Shown here piece after piece: positions 30,731-40,665 of a DNA stretch of 64,000 nt. Below the pieces are notes generated by a model. The model was not told the DNA's origin and did not search any database. It was given only the letters and a program-made list of their open reading frames with translations. The position numbers and the translations under genes are program-made. The stretch lies in NCBI GenBank assembly GCA_963662275.1, contig OY759316.1, positions 2,208,001 to 2,272,000 of the forward strand, written 5' to 3'. Numbering within the stretch: the first letter of the stretch is position 1; each line of letters opens with the position of its first letter. Origin of the DNA: Candidatus Cloacimonadales bacterium. GTDB lineage: Bacteria > Cloacimonadota > Cloacimonadia > Cloacimonadales > DAONDQ01.

Positions 30731-30878
30731 ACAATAGCTCAAAGGAAGTCCAAATCCGTACCTGACTTTCCTATAAGCTACAAGCTATCAGCTATAAGCT
30801 AATATTTCCCTTGACTTCAATATATACCTTATCCATAAATTGTAATATTCACAATCACATTATCTTTGTGGAGGATTC

Positions 30879-31862
30879 ATGCGTTATACTCTACTCCTTA
30901 TTGTATTCCTTTGTCTATTCTCTTTTGCCTATAGCAGGATCATTACAGTGGATAACAAAATACCATCCATCGGTCAATATTCTACTTTACAGGCAGCACA
31001 TGATATTGCAAATAATGGCGACACCATACAATTAATGCCATCAGGAACTCCATATAATGCGATTTCTATTACAAAGTCGATAAAAATTGTTGGATGTGGA
31101 TGGCAACCATCTTCAAATTTCTTTATTAGAGGTACAGATTTGAATGGAACTCTAACTATTGCATCTAATAATGTAGATGTTGAAGGATTGGGCGGTAGAT
31201 TTAGTATATCGACATATAACACATTAAACAACATTATTGTTTCAAAGTGTTATATAAGTGATTTATCAATCAGTGAAAATTGCTATAATATTGTCATTAA
31301 GCAAAATAGAATTTCTAACAGTTCAAGAACATCAATAACCTGGGGTAACAATGTAAATATTATTTTTTGTAATAATATAATACAAAATTGTTTTCAAACT
31401 GGGTATGGAAGTTCCACAATATTTGATGTATTATCATCTAATATTTCAATCATAAATAATACTCTTATCGGTAATTCATGGGCACAAGCACTATCCACAA
31501 ATTATAGTAGTACTCCGCTGGTTATAAATACTGCTTATGGAAATCTAAATCAAGAGTACTATAATGGAGCATTTCAACAATTTATGCCAGACACCTATAA
31601 TGTATTTATAGGTATTTTTCCCAATTCATCTGATTTTCATTTAATACTAGGCTCCCCAGCCATCGATGCTGGCAATCCAGACCCAATGTTCAATGATCTG
31701 GATGGAAGCAGAAACGATTGCGGAGCTTATGGCGGTCCAACCCCTTTTGTGGATGGTGGGATAACAGGATTACCTGCAATCTACCAAATCTCCGGTCCGC
31801 AGGTTGTAGGACATGATGAAAACTGGGAACTGCAGATCAAAGCTAAGACTAATCGGGAATAG
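30879..31862 (+). CDS. Secreted beta-helix protein (paralog 1)
   Basis: Signal peptide, 'YSTLQAAHD.A.NGD.I', 'SPAIDAGNP..NDLDGSRNDCGAYGG'. Confidence 0.75.
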   Translation: MRYTLLLIVFLCLFSFAYSRIITVDNKIPSIGQYSTLQAAHDIANNGDTIQLMPSGTPYNAISITKSIKIVGCGWQPSSNFFIRGTDLNGTLTIASNNVDVEGLGGRFSISTYNTLNNIIVSKCYISDLSISENCYNIVIKQNRISNSSRTSITWGNNVNIIFCNNIIQNCFQTGYGSSTIFDVLSSNISIINNTLIGNSWAQALSTNYSSTPLVINTAYGNLNQEYYNGAFQQFMPDTYNVFIGIFPNSSDFHLILGSPAIDAGNPDPMFNDLDGSRNDCGAYGGPTPFVDGGITGLPAIYQISGPQVVGHDENWELQIKAKTNRE

Positions 31863-31870
31863 GAGGAATA

Positions 31871-32893
31871 ATGAAAGCACTATTATTAATTCTTTTTTTT
31901 GTATCATCATATTCTCTTTGGTGTGCAACGCTGATTGTTGACAATAATATACCATCCACAAGCCAGTATACAACTTTGCAAGCTGCTCATGATGCAGCAA
32001 GTAACGGGGATATTATTCAGGTTATGCCATCAAATGGAGCTTATTCGGGTATAACTATAACAAAAAGAATTGAGATTATCGGAGTTGGCTGGAATCCAGA
32101 AGGACAAGATACATACACAATCAAAAGAACAAATATATTAGATTTATTTACATTTTCAACAGGATCTGCTGGTTCACGTCTAATTGGATTTGGAGGAGTA
32201 TTTTATCTATTGATACAGCAGGATAACATTACAGTTAAAAATTGTAATTTAAGCTTTGTAGTTATAGGATCGAACAATACAACAGCGTATAATACATTAT
32301 TGATTAATAATCTTATTTATAGTGTTTATTGTCCCCCATTAAGGTTATACTGTAACAATGGCTACAATTCTTCCGTTTCATTACAGATGTACAATTGCAT
32401 GGTTATTTACGCCGGTGCGTTTATTTGGAACGAATATAATCAAAATTATGGAGTTTATCTTAGTAGTAATTATGTATTTATTAATAATACAATTCTTTAT
32501 GCTTATGAGGGAATGGGATCATTTACATGGGATGATCGGGGTGATTATACTAACGCTACTTTAATGAACAATATCGTTACTGCAAACTTGGTTTCAAGTC
32601 CAAATTTTACATATAATGTGACTGGTAATTCTGCCATATATTGCATCTCTTCTGATTATTACACTCTTCCAGGATCTGCTGCAATAGATGCAGGCAATCC
32701 GAATATAGCTTTCAATGATCTTGATGTAAGCAGAAACGACTGCGGTGCATATGGCGGACCAACACCCTTTGTAGATGGAGGAATTCCGGGATATCCTTCT
32801 ATCTATGAGATCAATGGACCTGGGGTTGCACACCCAATGAAAGTATTCCAATTCAAATCAAAGCCAAGACGAACAGGGATTAGGAGGAGGTGA
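31871..32893 (+). CDS. Secreted beta-helix protein (paralog 2), probable 3' frameshift
   Basis: Same N- and C-terminal motifs as paralog 1; an alternative frame near the end reads ..QIKAKTNRD* (TAG 32881-32883). Confidence 0.7.
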   Translation: MKALLLILFFVSSYSLWCATLIVDNNIPSTSQYTTLQAAHDAASNGDIIQVMPSNGAYSGITITKRIEIIGVGWNPEGQDTYTIKRTNILDLFTFSTGSAGSRLIGFGGVFYLLIQQDNITVKNCNLSFVVIGSNNTTAYNTLLINNLIYSVYCPPLRLYCNNGYNSSVSLQMYNCMVIYAGAFIWNEYNQNYGVYLSSNYVFINNTILYAYEGMGSFTWDDRGDYTNATLMNNIVTANLVSSPNFTYNVTGNSAIYCISSDYYTLPGSAAIDAGNPNIAFNDLDVSRNDCGAYGGPTPFVDGGIPGYPSIYEINGPGVAHPMKVFQFKSKPRRTGIRRR

Positions 32894-35800
32894 TGAAAAA
32901 ATATCTAATTGTATCATTCTTTGTTTTTCTAATCTCGTTGTGCACCGCTGGTAATTCTCCTTATCCGATAATTTTTGTGCATGGGCTAAAGGATAGTGAT
33001 AAATGTTTCCTTAGTACAATGAGAATACTTAATACAAAAAATGGGAATTCACCAGATGATATCAAAATATATGACGTGATACTGAATGCTGATAATGATA
33101 ATGGCAATTCCTTATTAGCAGATGATGTGAAAGATACACCATTTATTTTACAGAAACACAACGATGTATATGCAATCTATCCCGGAAAAAGAATGTATGC
33201 TGAGTCAGTTAATGATTATGATATGAGTTGGCATGGCGATTCACAGATTTTTGCAGTTAACTTCGATAGTAAAAGAATAAAGGGAACCTTGGGTGAAGTA
33301 TGTGACTTAAGTAATCAGGCTGCTATTTATAAACAAGGTTGTGCCTTAGGAAAAATGATCCAGAAAGTGCTGGATTACACAGGTAAAGACAAAGTAATTT
33401 TAGTCGGTCATTCCTTGGGAGGTTTAGCAATTAGAGAATATCTCCAAAGAACAGATACAGGAATGCCCAATTCACTTCATACATGGTGGGTAGATAAAAA
33501 TGACGAAGAGAATGGACATAAGGTAGCAAGGGTTATTACAATTGACACACCACATTTAGGCTCTAATTCAAGTATTTTTGAACCACTGGTCAAAACAAGA
33601 GAATTTCCTTGGGAAGCATTACCTGATGAGTATAGTGAAGCTGTAAGAGATTTAAGAGTAAGTCACAATTCTCTCGGAGTAGAGCTTAATGGAGTATATT
33701 TATTTGGTGGTATGGAGTCAATTCCAGCATTGCTTTATCATAACTTTGATACGAATTGTAATGGAAATGAAACTGATTATATTACAGGGCTGAATTCTGG
33801 AACTGTGGCAAACCCGGCAATTAAATTACCTGATAATATACCTTATACCTGGGTAACTTCTGATTGTGGTGATGGTGACAACTCCTATTGGAATAATTCG
33901 TATTCTCCCGGTGATGGAGTTGTGTTTTTAGAGAGGCAATATTTATATTCAAATGATTTTATACCCTCTCCAGTAGGCTTAGCAGATACTCTTTTCACAC
34001 ATTACTTACATACAAGTCTCCCTGGAATAGATCATGAATCTGTGTTAAGCCATCCTGAAGTAGCAATCAGAGCTTTGGATGAGCCAGATACAGGTAGTTT
34101 TGCATATTTAGTGGAACCTAATAAGTGGTATAGCGGATTTATTACATATCAACAAGATATGTCTACGATGGATATTGATTTCTATAAGATGGAAGTATCC
34201 ATACCCAGTTTAATTACTTGCGAATTGTGGACGAACCAAACTGGATTACACCATGCTTATTTTACTGATTCTAATTTCGTTGTAATTCACGAACCCGTTA
34301 TTTTGGCAGATGGTCAGAATATCATTACATTTACTGCTTTACCAGGAACGATCTATATTAAGCTTGTTGGAGATGCATACGGTGGTATTTCTGGTAATAA
34401 TGCTTCAACAGATGATGCCTATGATTTTTATATAACTTCTTCTCAGATTTCAATGACAGCTCGATATCACGCTACACCTCTTGCCGGAAATACTGAGACT
34501 AATTTCCATTTTTATGATGATTCTACCACCCAAAACACAACGATAACAACATGGCAATGGGATTTCAACGGGGATGGTGAAGTCGAATCCACAGAGCAAA
34601 ATCCGGTATGGGTATACGACACTCCCGGGACATACAATGTGATTTTAAGAGTAACTGATGGTAGTGGTGCTCCGGGAAATGACGGAATTCATGCTGATTA
34701 TGAGATGAAAATGAACTATATTATTGTTAACGGCTTACCAAGTGGGAATGATAATGAAATTGTCTGGATGGAGTATTTCATCGATACTGATCCTGGAATC
34801 AATAACGGAGAACCCATATTTTTAATTCCTGCTCCGGATATTACTGCTGATGTTTCCATTAACATTGGTAACTTATCAGAGGGACTTCATAGGCTATACA
34901 TAAGGGCTTTGGATTCAAATGGCAAATGGGGACTTCCTCAATGCAAACCTTTCATCGTTCAGCAGACTTCTCCGCAGCAGCCTCTTCCGAATATCACCCA
35001 GATGGAGTATTTCATCGATACCAATGTCAGTCCCGGTAGTGGTACAAGTGTGCCTATCTCATCTTCAAGCGACGTAACTGCTACTACAAATGTGGCTTTG
35101 AATAACCTGACTGAAGGTTTACATCGGATGTATGTTCGAGCTAAAGACGCTAATGGCAGATGGGGTCTTCCTCAATGCAAACCATTCATCGTTCAGCAGA
35201 CTTCTCCTCAGCAGCCCTTACCTAATATCACACAGATGGAGTATTTCATCGATACAAGTGTCAATCCGGGTAGTGGAACAAGCGTGCCAATCTCTCCTTC
35301 TAATGATGTTACTGCTACTACAAATGTAACTTTAAATAATCTATCTGAAGGTTTACATCGAATGTATGTGAGAGCAAAAGATGCAAATGGCAGATGGGGA
35401 CTTCCTCAATGCAAGCCGTTCATTGTCCAGCAGACTTCTCCCTTTGAGTCTTTGCCGACAATCACTGAAATGGAGTATTTTTATGATACTGATCCGGGTA
35501 TTGGACAAGGTTCGCCAATTGCCGTGAGTCCTTCTTCAGATGTGACCGTGAATGCGACTTTGCCTGTCAGTGACCTTGATTTGGGCAATCATACCTTGTA
35601 TTTGCGAGCGAAAGATAGCTTAGATCGATGGGGATTACCACAGTCCATTGGTTTCCAGCTTGTAGTCAGACCGGATACACCTAAGAATGCAGAAATCACT
35701 ATACGGGATGGTGTTTTAGAGATAAGCTGGGATTCAGTCACACAGGTAACGGGCTATAAAGTCTATGCATCAGATAACTCGGTTTCAGGCTTTGCAGATA

Positions 35801-35970
35801 TTACGAACCAGGGAACTGTGAATCTGAGTCGAAGCAGAATGACCTGGACAACTTCGCTATCCACTGCTGCACATCAGTTCTATTATGTGAAATCGCATAA
35901 TAGTGAGAGGGCAGTCAAAGAGTTATTGAGCAGTAAGAAGCAGGAAAGAGAATTAAAAATTAAGAATTAA
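32890..35970 (+). CDS. Secreted alpha/beta-hydrolase (lipase-like) with PKD domain, four ~77-aa repeats and Fn3-like tail
   Basis: IIFVHG, GHSLGG, TPHLGS, GDGVV; WDFNGDG PKD; four 'MEYF.DT..PG....H.LY.RA.D....WGLPQ' repeats. Confidence 0.8.
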   Translation: MMKKYLIVSFFVFLISLCTAGNSPYPIIFVHGLKDSDKCFLSTMRILNTKNGNSPDDIKIYDVILNADNDNGNSLLADDVKDTPFILQKHNDVYAIYPGKRMYAESVNDYDMSWHGDSQIFAVNFDSKRIKGTLGEVCDLSNQAAIYKQGCALGKMIQKVLDYTGKDKVILVGHSLGGLAIREYLQRTDTGMPNSLHTWWVDKNDEENGHKVARVITIDTPHLGSNSSIFEPLVKTREFPWEALPDEYSEAVRDLRVSHNSLGVELNGVYLFGGMESIPALLYHNFDTNCNGNETDYITGLNSGTVANPAIKLPDNIPYTWVTSDCGDGDNSYWNNSYSPGDGVVFLERQYLYSNDFIPSPVGLADTLFTHYLHTSLPGIDHESVLSHPEVAIRALDEPDTGSFAYLVEPNKWYSGFITYQQDMSTMDIDFYKMEVSIPSLITCELWTNQTGLHHAYFTDSNFVVIHEPVILADGQNIITFTALPGTIYIKLVGDAYGGISGNNASTDDAYDFYITSSQISMTARYHATPLAGNTETNFHFYDDSTTQNTTITTWQWDFNGDGEVESTEQNPVWVYDTPGTYNVILRVTDGSGAPGNDGIHADYEMKMNYIIVNGLPSGNDNEIVWMEYFIDTDPGINNGEPIFLIPAPDITADVSINIGNLSEGLHRLYIRALDSNGKWGLPQCKPFIVQQTSPQQPLPNITQMEYFIDTNVSPGSGTSVPISSSSDVTATTNVALNNLTEGLHRMYVRAKDANGRWGLPQCKPFIVQQTSPQQPLPNITQMEYFIDTSVNPGSGTSVPISPSNDVTATTNVTLNNLSEGLHRMYVRAKDANGRWGLPQCKPFIVQQTSPFESLPTITEMEYFYDTDPGIGQGSPIAVSPSSDVTVNATLPVSDLDLGNHTLYLRAKDSLDRWGLPQSIGFQLVVRPDTPKNAEITIRDGVLEISWDSVTQVTGYKVYASDNSVSGFADITNQGTVNLSRSRMTWTTSLSTAAHQFYYVKSHNSERAVKELLSSKKQERELKIKN

Positions 35971-36170
35971 GAATTAAGAATTGGCAGAGAAGAAGCTTAT
36001 AGCTGATAGCTTGTAGCTTATAGGGGCAGAGCGAAGATTGAAGAAATTAAGAATTAAGAAATGGCAGAGAAGAGCGGAACACTTCTGATTCTTCGATCTT
36101 TTGTAAAGAGAAGACAGGAACACTTTTGATTCCCCGCTCTTTTGTAAGGAGAAGACCTGTTCCCTCTGAT

Positions 36171-36717
36171 TCCCCGCTCTTTTGTAAAGAGAGGGATTAG
36201 GGGAGAGTTAGAATATCCAAAGTTGTGAGGGCATTATGAAAGTCATCAATCATATTTCTACAAAACGAAAGAGATCTGATCTTAGAAAAAAGCAAACTGA
36301 AGCTGAAAAGAAACTATGGTCACGTTTGCGAAATAAGAGTTTTATGGAACTTAAATTCTTCAGACAGTCTAGTATTGGTAATTATATCGCTGATTTCTAT
36401 TGTCCGTAAATGAAGTTGGTGATTGAGGTAGATGGTAGTCAGCATTTTGAAGAATCTAATCTTGAATATGATTTAAAACGTTCAGAATATTTTAGAAGTC
36501 TTGGTATTAGAGTTCTAAGATTCAATAATGGGGATGTTCTGATAAATATCGACGAAGTTATGGAACGCATTTACCTATTTTTGAATGAACCTGATCTGAT
36601 AATGAAATAGGAAACTAACTCTCATTTGATGCAGGAAGTTCTGGTATAATAAGGTAGGAGCTGGTTCAGAGAAGAACTAACTCTCCCCCAACCCCTCTCT
36701 TTACAAAAGAGCGGGGA
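36171..36717. mobile_element. DUF559 cassette bounded by 41-bp inverted repeats
   Basis: 36171-36211 vs 36677-36717 match at 39/41 as inverted repeats; tandem partial copies outside on both sides. Confidence 0.55.
36236..36610 (+). pseudogene. DUF559 (Vsr-like) endonuclease with internal stop
   Basis: 'LRKKQTEAEKKLWSRLRNK..KFFRQ..IGNYIADFYCP*MKLVIEVDGSQH..D..R..LGIRVLRFNN'; TAA at 36407-36409. Confidence 0.85.
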
Positions 36718-36824
36718 GTTAAAGCAATATAGAGCGGGGAGTTAGGCAATATAGAGCGGGGAGTTAAAGCTTTCCAGAGCTGGGAGTTAGGCAATATAGA
36801 GCGGGGAGTTAAAGTCCAACATAA

Positions 36825-37928
36825 TTACTCTTTATCAATATAAAAATCCATCACCAGTTGTTCATTTTCTTCCGAATCCTCAAACACAAGATTAGACATG
36901 GAAATTCCGAGTAATCTTACTTTCTGGGTAGGATTAACTTGAATCAACAAATCCCGAACTTGCCTGAAGATGCTTTTCGCATCATCAATAGCAATTAGTC
37001 CTGTTTTGCATCGAGTTATTGATTGAAAATCTTCATACTTCAATTTCAGCGTTGTTGTTTTAGCTTTTGCCCCTTCTTTTTTCATGCGTTTTTCCACTTC
37101 CTGTGATAATTCCTCCAAGACTGTTATCATTTCAGGGAAATTATCCAAATCACGATCAAAAGTAGTCTCATGTCCAATGGATTTGCTCAGTCTTTCCGGT
37201 GTTACAGGTCTGTTATCAATTCCCCTGACAATACAGTAATAATAGTATCCGGTTTTGCCAAATGTACGAAGCAAATCCTTTATATCCCATGATTTCAAAT
37301 CAGCTCCGTTCTTTATTCCCAGTTCAATCATCTTCTTTTCAGTGACTTTCCCGATACCGTAGAACTTTCCGATTTCCAACTTTTCAAGTACTGCTTCCGC
37401 ATTCTCAGGACGAATCACAACAAGACCATCGGGCTTTTCTAATTCAGAAGCTATCTTGGCTAGGAACATATTATAAGATACTCCCGCAGAGCAGGTCAAT
37501 TGCGTTCTTTCCAGTATTTTCTGTTTGATTTCGCGTGCAATGTTCGTAGCTACAGGATTATTCATTGTATTCTGGGTTACATCCATATAGGCTTCATCTA
37601 AGGACATGGTTTCCACAAGATCGGTATATTCATGAAAGACTTCCCTGATAATACGCGATGCTTCCCGATATGCTCCAAAATTAGAATGTACAAAGATACC
37701 TTCAGGACATAATCTTCGAGCCAATGAACTTGCCATTGCTGAATGAACTCCAAACTTCCTGGCTTCATACGAACATGTGGACACCACTCCCCTACTATTT
37801 GGGTTTCCCCCAACAATGACAGGCTTACCCTTCAATTCAGGATGATCCCGAATCTCCACAGCAGCAAAGAAAGCATCCATATCCACATGGATGATCTTAC
37901 GGGTTGTGTCATTATGTTCTAATAGCAT
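36825..37928 (-). CDS. dinB: DNA polymerase IV
   Basis: IIHVDMDAFFAAVE, SYEARKFGV, SLDEAY, VRLLG. Confidence 0.95.
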   Translation of the reverse strand: MLLEHNDTTRKIIHVDMDAFFAAVEIRDHPELKGKPVIVGGNPNSRGVVSTCSYEARKFGVHSAMASSLARRLCPEGIFVHSNFGAYREASRIIREVFHEYTDLVETMSLDEAYMDVTQNTMNNPVATNIAREIKQKILERTQLTCSAGVSYNMFLAKIASELEKPDGLVVIRPENAEAVLEKLEIGKFYGIGKVTEKKMIELGIKNGADLKSWDIKDLLRTFGKTGYYYYCIVRGIDNRPVTPERLSKSIGHETTFDRDLDNFPEMITVLEELSQEVEKRMKKEGAKAKTTTLKLKYEDFQSITRCKTGLIAIDDAKSIFRQVRDLLIQVNPTQKVRLLGISMSNLVFEDSEENEQLVMDFYIDKE

Positions 37929-37999
37929 TTATCTATTCCCTTTTTCTATATGCTGTAAGTACCCTGTACCCTTAACTAGTTAACCGCCTAAAGCCAGTG

Positions 38000-38305
38000 C
38001 TACATCAAATACTTCTTAAAATCGATTTTATCTCTCTCATCAAAAACGATACCTTCTTTTTCCAGGAGGCTTTTCTGCAATTCATATCCACAACCGAGGG
38101 GTAATGAAATCTTCCCTTTGCTATTGATAACACGATGCCAGGGCAGCTTTTCCTTGTCACTAGAGGAATTCAATACCCATACTACGACACGTGCAGCCAA
38201 TGGACTGCCTGCGAGAGCTGCGATCTGTCCATAAGTTGATACCTTTCCCTTTGGAATGGAACGGATTATCTCGATGATACTTTCTGCTAATGTTCTGTCT
38301 TGCAT
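38000..38305 (-). CDS. Alkyltransferase-like protein (MGMT family, PWHRV)
   Basis: IPKGKVSTYGQIA, LPWHRVIN (Trp in place of the catalytic Cys). Confidence 0.9.
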   Translation of the reverse strand: MQDRTLAESIIEIIRSIPKGKVSTYGQIAALAGSPLAARVVVWVLNSSSDKEKLPWHRVINSKGKISLPLGCGYELQKSLLEKEGIVFDERDKIDFKKYLM

Positions 38306-38599
38306 AAGCTACCTTCAGAAATGTGATCTGGTATTGATGATTAAATATAAAATTTCAGTCAAGTACTAATCCTATTAAGAAATAAGTTTCTCTTATATAT
38401 GATTGTGAGACGATCTTAAATAAACTCGTATCTTCTTATATAACAAACGATATCCTGATTATCATGATATCCTCTTTATATCTAATAAAACGGCTACATT
38501 ATTATACTACATTCTTTTACAAATATGAAATTCCTTGACTTAATATTGTAGCCTTTGTTTTATATGATTCATATGAAATATTTCAGTAGGGGTGCTGAT

Positions 38600-40090
38600 A
38601 TGGCTGGAAATGAAAAGTTAAAACGTGCAAGCCGTTCTTTTCTGCTACGATTTGAATCTTTTTCTGAAGAAAATCATATCATCCTCAATGGTATGAAGAT
38701 CATTATCGGTGTCTCAGGTGGAGCAGATTCCATGGCTTTATTGCAGTGTCTGAATCTACTGCGTCAAAAATATCAGCTTTCTCTCTTGGTAGCCCATGTA
38801 AATTATCATTTACGGGGTGCTGATTCTGATCGAGATGCTAAGCATGTGAAAGATTTCTGTTTCAAGCATAATTTGTCCATTGTCATGAAAGATGCCCAAC
38901 TTAGTACTACTGTAGACCTTGAAAACCAGGCACGTAAGATTAGACGTGATTATTTCCAAGGTTTGATACAAACATATAACATGGATGTGATTGCGCTTGG
39001 ACATCAGCAGAAAGACCAGGCAGAGACATTCCTTATGAATATGATTCGTGGTGCCGGCTTGACTGGTTTGCATGCCATCCTGCCAAAGTCAGGAAATACT
39101 ATACATCCGCTTCTTCCTTTTTCCCGAAAGGAGATATGCGATTTTCTCAATGCAGAAGGAATTAGCTGGTGTGAGGATAGCAGTAATCAAGATACTCATT
39201 ACAAAAGAAACAAAGTCCGATTGGAATTGCTTCCCTGGATAGAAAATAACATGAATCCGGCAATTATTGAACATCTATCTGATTTGGCATCTGTTTTTGC
39301 TTCCACGGATACTTTCATCAGGGACACTGTACGGATCAAATTAAAACAACTCATAGTGGCACAGAACCAGGATACCATTTGCATTGAACTAGCTCCTCTA
39401 GTATTATTAAATCCAACATTGCGCTTCTACCTATGTCGAGAGCTATATTATCATTTTTCAGGAACTGAGCAGAATTTCTTCCGTCCTTATTGGGAGGATA
39501 TAGAAGCTCTCTACCATTCAAAAGGCTGTAAATATACAGTTCTTCCTAACCATATCTTTGTGATTCGAGAGTATGGAGAATTGATCTTTACAATCAAAGA
39601 CCCTAATATCTTACCAGAAGAACAGGAGCGAGAGTTATCTAATTTACGAAATCGCTTTGTTTTTGGAAATTACCGTATCGATTTGAAACGTTTGAAAGGA
39701 TTACCTTCAAAACGCTATCCTTTTGAAGATAAAAGCACTGTCTATCTTGATGCAGACCATATCACCTTCCCTCTTTGTATTCGTTACCGGAGAAATGGAG
39801 ATACATTCCAACCGCTTGGATTGAAGGGTAATAAGAAGCTTAAGGATTTTTTCATTGACGAAAAGATTGCTAAAACTGAGAGAGATAAGATTCCAGTCTT
39901 TGTAGATCAGGAGAAAATCCTGTGGATCAGTGGAATGAGAATAGATCAAAGAGTAGCAGTACAACAGAATACCAGGAATATTCTTATGATCCATATCGAA
40001 AAGATGAGTGAAGTAAAACAGCGTTCTGCGGAACGGATATCGAAGGAAGAAGCTGAACCTACTGCGAAAGATGTCTTTCTTCTTCGCTAA
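38600..40090 (+). CDS. tilS: tRNA(Ile)-lysidine synthetase
   Basis: SGGADS, DQAETFL, RNKVR, KKLKDFFIDEKI; upstream of hpt-ftsH; start uncertain. Confidence 0.93.
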   Translation: MAGNEKLKRASRSFLLRFESFSEENHIILNGMKIIIGVSGGADSMALLQCLNLLRQKYQLSLLVAHVNYHLRGADSDRDAKHVKDFCFKHNLSIVMKDAQLSTTVDLENQARKIRRDYFQGLIQTYNMDVIALGHQQKDQAETFLMNMIRGAGLTGLHAILPKSGNTIHPLLPFSRKEICDFLNAEGISWCEDSSNQDTHYKRNKVRLELLPWIENNMNPAIIEHLSDLASVFASTDTFIRDTVRIKLKQLIVAQNQDTICIELAPLVLLNPTLRFYLCRELYYHFSGTEQNFFRPYWEDIEALYHSKGCKYTVLPNHIFVIREYGELIFTIKDPNILPEEQERELSNLRNRFVFGNYRIDLKRLKGLPSKRYPFEDKSTVYLDADHITFPLCIRYRRNGDTFQPLGLKGNKKLKDFFIDEKIAKTERDKIPVFVDQEKILWISGMRIDQRVAVQQNTRNILMIHIEKMSEVKQRSAERISKEEAEPTAKDVFLLR

Positions 40091-40119
40091 AAACTATTAT
40101 ATTCTTTTATGAGGACTAT

Positions 40120-40665
40120 ATGACACAAATGAACAAAGATATATCTGCTGTTCTTTATGATGAACGGATGATAGAAACTCGTATTCGGACATTGGGTGAA
40201 CAGATTTCTAAAGACTATCACGGTAAAATACCGGTATTTGTCTGTATCCTGAAAGGCAGCCTGGTATTTCTTTCTGATCTGATCAGATGCGTAACCATTC
40301 CCATTGAAATTGATAGTATGGCAGTTTCCAGCTATGGTAACAGCCACGTTTCTTCCGGAGTGGTCAAGATCAAAAAGGATATTGACATCGACCTGTTTGA
40401 ACGGGATGTCATCATTGTGGAAGATATCGTTGATTCCGGTTTGTCACTGCAATATATCAAAGAATATCTTGCCAAGCATGAACCTTCATCTGTAAAAGTC
40501 TGTGTTTTCCTGGATAAGCCGAAGGCTCATAAAGTACCTGTCGCAATAGATTATTGTGGCTTTGAAATTGGTAATGAATTCGTAGTCGGATATGGATTGG
40601 ATTATGATGAGAACTACCGTAACCTGCCCTACATTGGAATCCTCAAAGAGGAGATATATACATGA
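40120..40665 (+). CDS. hpt: Hypoxanthine phosphoribosyltransferase
   Basis: IVEDIVDSGLSL, FVVGYGLDY..YRNLPYIG. Confidence 0.95.
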   Translation: MTQMNKDISAVLYDERMIETRIRTLGEQISKDYHGKIPVFVCILKGSLVFLSDLIRCVTIPIEIDSMAVSSYGNSHVSSGVVKIKKDIDIDLFERDVIIVEDIVDSGLSLQYIKEYLAKHEPSSVKVCVFLDKPKAHKVPVAIDYCGFEIGNEFVVGYGLDYDENYRNLPYIGILKEEIYT

